DNA from: Candidatus Latescibacterota bacterium | GTDB taxonomy: Bacteria > Latescibacterota > UBA2968 > UBA8231 | Direction: 5' to 3' | Length of the DNA stretch: 64,000 nt | Assembly: GCA_965206595.1 (NCBI GenBank) | Contig: OZ242214.1 | Span: forward strand, 5,472,001-5,536,000 | Shown: one piece after another, positions 60,604-64,000 of the stretch | Numbering within the stretch: position 1 is the stretch's first letter | Layout of the letters: every line of letters begins with the position of its first letter | Notes under the pieces: model-generated | What the model was told of the DNA's origin: nothing | Seen by the model: only the letters and a program-made list of their open reading frames with translations | Database searches by the model: none | Position numbers and translations under genes: made by a program

Positions 60604-60858
60604 ATGTTCTACAGTCGATACTATCCCGGGAACAGCTCCGGGGGCCGCCTGACCGGTTTCGTCATCGGATGCTGCGCCGGATTCGTGATCGGCAGCGCCC
60701 TCGGGGTGCTGCTGGCGCCCCACAGGGGGGACATCACCCGCCGCAAGATTTCCCGCCGCGCCGAAGAGACGAAGGATCAGGTCGTGGAAAAGGTGGAAGA
60801 CCTGATGGTGCACCGCAAAGAGGAAGAAGCCGATGACGAGGAAGAGGCAAATAGCTGA
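60604..60858 (+). CDS. YtxH-domain protein
   Basis: GFVIGSALGVLLAPHRGDITRRKI; AAGGAGG RBS. Confidence 0.85.
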   Translation: MFYSRYYPGNSSGGRLTGFVIGCCAGFVIGSALGVLLAPHRGDITRRKISRRAEETKDQVVEKVEDLMVHRKEEEADDEEEANS

Positions 60859-61168
60859 CGCCCTTCGGGAGCGCCTCGCCGGGGCGGCCGAGCGCGGCCG
60901 CGTTCTCGGTCAGGCGCTGAAGGTCCGCGCCGACATCGCCGCCTCCCGGCGCCAGCTGAAGACCACCTTCGGCGAGCTGGGAAAGCACGTGTACTCCAGC
61001 ATCAAGGCCGGCGATCTGCCGGCCGCGGCCGGTGCCGAAGGGGACGAGGTGCTGCTGGCGTACACTCAGCGGATCGACGGGTGCAAGGCCGACATCCGCT
61101 TGAAGGAGGCGGAGTTGCGGGAGATCCTGCGCTCCGGAGGGCGGGAGAACGGCGAGCCGGAGAGCTGA
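60833..61168 (+). CDS. Hypothetical helical protein
   Basis: Overlaps the YtxH gene end; coiled-coil-like sequence with FGELGKHVY. Confidence 0.75.
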   Translation: MTRKRQIADALRERLAGAAERGRVLGQALKVRADIAASRRQLKTTFGELGKHVYSSIKAGDLPAAAGAEGDEVLLAYTQRIDGCKADIRLKEAELREILRSGGRENGEPES

Positions 61169-61200
61169 ATGCGAACCCCGTACGACAAGGAGGGCTAGAG

Positions 61201-61296
61201 GTGCGCTTCCTTTGCGGCCTGACGATCGGTTTCTGCCTCGGCCTGATGCTGCTCAGCTGCCTGCTCGAGTGCCTGGAGTGCGACCGGGCGGACTGA
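61201..61296 (+). CDS. Putative 31-aa Cys-rich membrane peptide
   Basis: AAGGAGG RBS upstream of GTG 61201; VRFLCGLTIGFCLGLMLLSCLLECLECDRAD. Confidence 0.45.
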   Translation: MRFLCGLTIGFCLGLMLLSCLLECLECDRAD

Positions 61297-61342
61297 GCAG
61301 CCTGTCACGGCCGCGGCGGCGACCCTCCATTCGCGCCCTGGC

Positions 61343-61999
61343 TCAAACCTGAACCAGGGCCGCACCGGACGACCCCAGCTCGGGGAAAACCTCCGGCAAG
61401 CGCCCGCGCAAGGCCGCCAGGGCCCGGGTGCGGTGGCTGATCCGGTTCTTTTCGTCCGCGGACAGCTCCGCCATGGTCCTGCCTTCCCGCGGCAGGTAGA
61501 AGACCGGGTCGTATCCGAACCCGCCGGCGCCGGCGGCCTCCGTGGCGATCCGGCCTTCGCAGGTCCCCTCCCCGAAGCAGGAGCGGCCGTCGGGAGCGGC
61601 GACCACTGCGCAGCAGACGAAGCGGGCGGAGCGTTCGGCCGGCTCGCCGACATGAGTGAGGTTCGACAGCAGCAGGCGGCACCTGCCGGCGTCGTCGAGG
61701 GCAGGGCCGCCGTAGCGCGCCGAAAAAATGCCGGGCTCGCCGCCGAGGGCGTCGACCTCAAGACCGGAGTCGTCGGCGATGCAGAGCCGCCCGGAAACGG
61801 CAGCTCCTGCCCGCGCCTTGATGGCGGCGTTCTCGCGGAAGCTGTCGCCGTCTTCGGCCACCTCCAGCCGGAGGCCGAGAGTTTCAGGAGAAACGAGGCG
61901 GAACTCGGGAAGGAGCAGGCGAAGCTCTTTCAGCTTGCCGGCATTGGAGGTCGCGGCAAGCAGCCCGGGCCCTGAGCGGCGGGCTGTGCCGCCGCTCAG
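61343..61999 (-). CDS. rdgB: RdgB/HAM1 non-canonical purine NTP pyrophosphatase
   Basis: ATSNAGKLKE, ENAAIKA, ADDSGL, PGIFSARY, GFGYDP and KNRISHR. Start uncertain (possible CTG at 61999). Confidence 0.92.
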   Translation of the reverse strand: MSGGTARRSGPGLLAATSNAGKLKELRLLLPEFRLVSPETLGLRLEVAEDGDSFRENAAIKARAGAAVSGRLCIADDSGLEVDALGGEPGIFSARYGGPALDDAGRCRLLLSNLTHVGEPAERSARFVCCAVVAAPDGRSCFGEGTCEGRIATEAAGAGGFGYDPVFYLPREGRTMAELSADEKNRISHRTRALAALRGRLPEVFPELGSSGAALVQV

Positions 62000-63108
62000 G
62001 GCTGCCGGTTCAGTTCCTGCAGCTGCTGCTCGCACCAATCCCTGAAACGGTTGTCCTGTTTGGCCTTGTTGTACCAGGTCCGCGCTTCGGAGACCCGGCC
62101 GAGCTTGCTGTAGGAATCGGCGACCACGACTTCGGCGGCGTGGTGGTTGCGCTGAAGCCGCGCCGCCTTGAGGCCGGCGTCGAGCGCCTTCTTCCATTCT
62201 CCGGTCCCGTAGTAGGCTTCGCCCAGCCCGTAGTGGGCCTCGACGTGTTTGCTGTCGACTTCAATGGACCGCCGCAGCGGCTCGATCGCTTCGTGGTGGC
62301 GCCCTTTCAGGCTCAAGGTTTTACCGATCAGGCAGAACCCTTCGGTAAACTCGGGATCGATGGAGACCGCCGGGCGCAGGGTGGCCAGGGCGCCGTCGAA
62401 GTCCTCGCGGGCGATCTGAATCCTGGCGAGGGCGCTGTACGCCTTCGTGTAGGTGGAGTCGAGCGAAATGGCCAGGCGGTAGGTCTCGGCGGCGATCCGC
62501 AGATTGCCCTGCCGCCGTTGCAGGTCGGCGAGCGACTTGTGGGCTTTCACGTAGGTGGAATCGGCATCGATGGCATCCTGAAACGCCTTGGATGCGGCGG
62601 AGTCTTCCCGGAGGGCCTTGTAGCAGTGGCCGAGGAGATAGAACAGATCCGCGTCGCCGGGCTTGAATTCCAGCGCTTTCTCGAACCTGCCGATCGCCTC
62701 GCGGTACCTCTTCTGCTTGAAAGACTGCACCGCGGCTTTCTTGTAGATGTCGGCAAGCTGGGCGGGTATCCGCGAGCGCGCGCGCTCGGAGGAAACGCCG
62801 TGGCGGGCGGACGCCTCGAAGGCGCGGATGGCGCGGTCGAACTGGTTGAGGACCTTGTAGGCCTTCGCCAGCGCGTAGCGGGCGTCCCCGTAGGTGGAGT
62901 CGACCTCCACTGCCTGCTCCAGAGAGATGGCGGCGCCGCGGAAGTCGCGGTTTTTGAGCAGCTCGATGCCCCTGCTGTAATGCTGGACAGCGGCGGGGTC
63001 CGGTTTCTGGGCGGCGGGATCCGGCTCCTGCGCAACGAGCGCCGAGGCCGACAGGATCGCCGTCAGTGCCGGCAGGAGGATGCAGATCCAGATGCGATCG
63101 CTCGACAT
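61996..63108 (-). CDS. Secreted tetratricopeptide repeat protein
   Basis: Signal peptide (ALVAQ) followed by multiple 34-aa TPRs. Confidence 0.9.
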   Translation of the reverse strand: MSSDRIWICILLPALTAILSASALVAQEPDPAAQKPDPAAVQHYSRGIELLKNRDFRGAAISLEQAVEVDSTYGDARYALAKAYKVLNQFDRAIRAFEASARHGVSSERARSRIPAQLADIYKKAAVQSFKQKRYREAIGRFEKALEFKPGDADLFYLLGHCYKALREDSAASKAFQDAIDADSTYVKAHKSLADLQRRQGNLRIAAETYRLAISLDSTYTKAYSALARIQIAREDFDGALATLRPAVSIDPEFTEGFCLIGKTLSLKGRHHEAIEPLRRSIEVDSKHVEAHYGLGEAYYGTGEWKKALDAGLKAARLQRNHHAAEVVVADSYSKLGRVSEARTWYNKAKQDNRFRDWCEQQLQELNRQP

Positions 63109-63246
63109 GGCAGTAACTGTCGTCCTGTGTTTTCAAGGTGGGAAGAGGAGTGTCGAAGGGGGTATCGACAGACTGTACAGGGGCGGAACATACATGGCAG
63201 GGGGCATTTGTCAAAGCCTGAAGGGCCGATACACTTCTACAATATT

Positions 63247-63712
63247 ATGATGTCTCCGTCCGGGGAAGCCGCCGCCGCTGCAGTTGATTCTCGCGTCGGA
63301 GGGCCGCATCGAGCTAGTCGATCGGCAGGAGCTGCCCGAATCGCGCGATACCACCCGCAGCGCGGGCGCCTCGAGGAAGCGGAGTGGCCCCTGCGCCGGA
63401 TGCTGAACCAGGGCCCCGAGGAGACGGCCACGGCACCTGCCTGGTTCCATCTCGGGCGGACGGCCGAAGCCCGGGAAGACTGGGAGGGGGCCGCCGAGCT
63501 GTACGGAAGACTTGTCGACCGTTACCCGGCCGCGGAACTCGCGGACGACGCGCTCGGCTCGCTGGCGGCGCTGACGGAGAAACGGTTCGGGTGCCGGCGG
63601 GCGCGGCCCTGCTACCAGCGGTTGGTGGAGGAGTACAGCCGTTCGGGGTGGGCGGCCGTCGCCGGGGCCGTGTCGCTCGAAGGAACGGCTGCTGGAGGAG
63701 CGGGAGCGGTGA
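63247..63712 (+). pseudogene. Degenerate TPR (YbgF/BamD-like) fragment
   Basis: Manual translation: AWFHLGRTAEAREDWEGAAELYGRLVDRYPAAELADDAL...YQRLVEEYSRS. Both ends look degraded or frameshifted. Confidence 0.55.
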
Positions 63713-63762
63713 GCACAAATAGTTACCCGAGTTGGGCTGCGGTTGAAAACCCAGAAGTGCAT

Positions 63763-64000
63763 ATGAAGAGGATTCCAGACGTGGGTATTGTCGCGGTTTA
63801 TTTGCTGGGTGTTGCCGTGTACACATTCCCACTGGTTCTCGATTTTACACGGCCGTTCTCCGAACCCGGGGACTACCTCCTCACCGTTTATAGATTAAGC
63901 TGGCAGATGCATGCGTTGCTAACCCAGCCGTGGGACTTTTTTCAAGCAAATATTATGCATCCTACCGCTTCGTCTCTAGCGGTTGCCACGCCGCTCAATA
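63763..64000 (+). CDS. Multi-pass membrane protein (YfhO/GT-C glycosyltransferase-like), partial; runs off the window end
   Basis: MKRIPDVGIVAVYLLGVAVYTFPLVL...DYLLTVYRLSWQMHALLTQPWDFFQANIMHP; open to the window edge; lower GC. Confidence 0.6.
   Translation, partial: MKRIPDVGIVAVYLLGVAVYTFPLVLDFTRPFSEPGDYLLTVYRLSWQMHALLTQPWDFFQANIMHPTASSLAVATPLN

Overview
This is a GC-rich bacterial window, densely coding, with no rRNA, tRNA, CRISPR array or intact transposase/integrase that I can recognise. The YPNPFN/FlgD-type C-terminal tails and a DUF6785-like fragment suggest an FCB-group lineage such as Latescibacterota; this is inference only. Contents in order: (1) sugar isomerase and Gfo/Idh/MocA genes, then an NYN-cold-shock protein; (2) an accessory island (2479-8176) with a truncated HipA-like kinase/HIRAN pair and an intact, translationally coupled pair of P-loop ATPases, the second carrying about ten 43-aa TPR-like repeats; (3) a UbiD-family decarboxylase; (4) a soxBDAG/mgd-like operon with a GmaS/GlnT-type ligase, followed by acnA; (5) a PAS kinase/LuxR pair, then a lower-GC block with a CxxC redoxin, a secreted 8-Cys mini-protein and three tandem mosaic S8 proteases; (6) a long carbohydrate and organic-acid catabolic region with several deletion scars; (7) aquaporin-arsC, a phosphonate cluster (Zn-ADH, phnA, phnY), guaB, rdgB and TPR genes. 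The best candidates for undescribed systems are the redoxin/Cys-rich peptide/triple-protease locus, the double-ATPase-TPR module and the ADH-PhnA-PhnY phosphonate route. All calls come from reading motifs by eye; no database searches were run.
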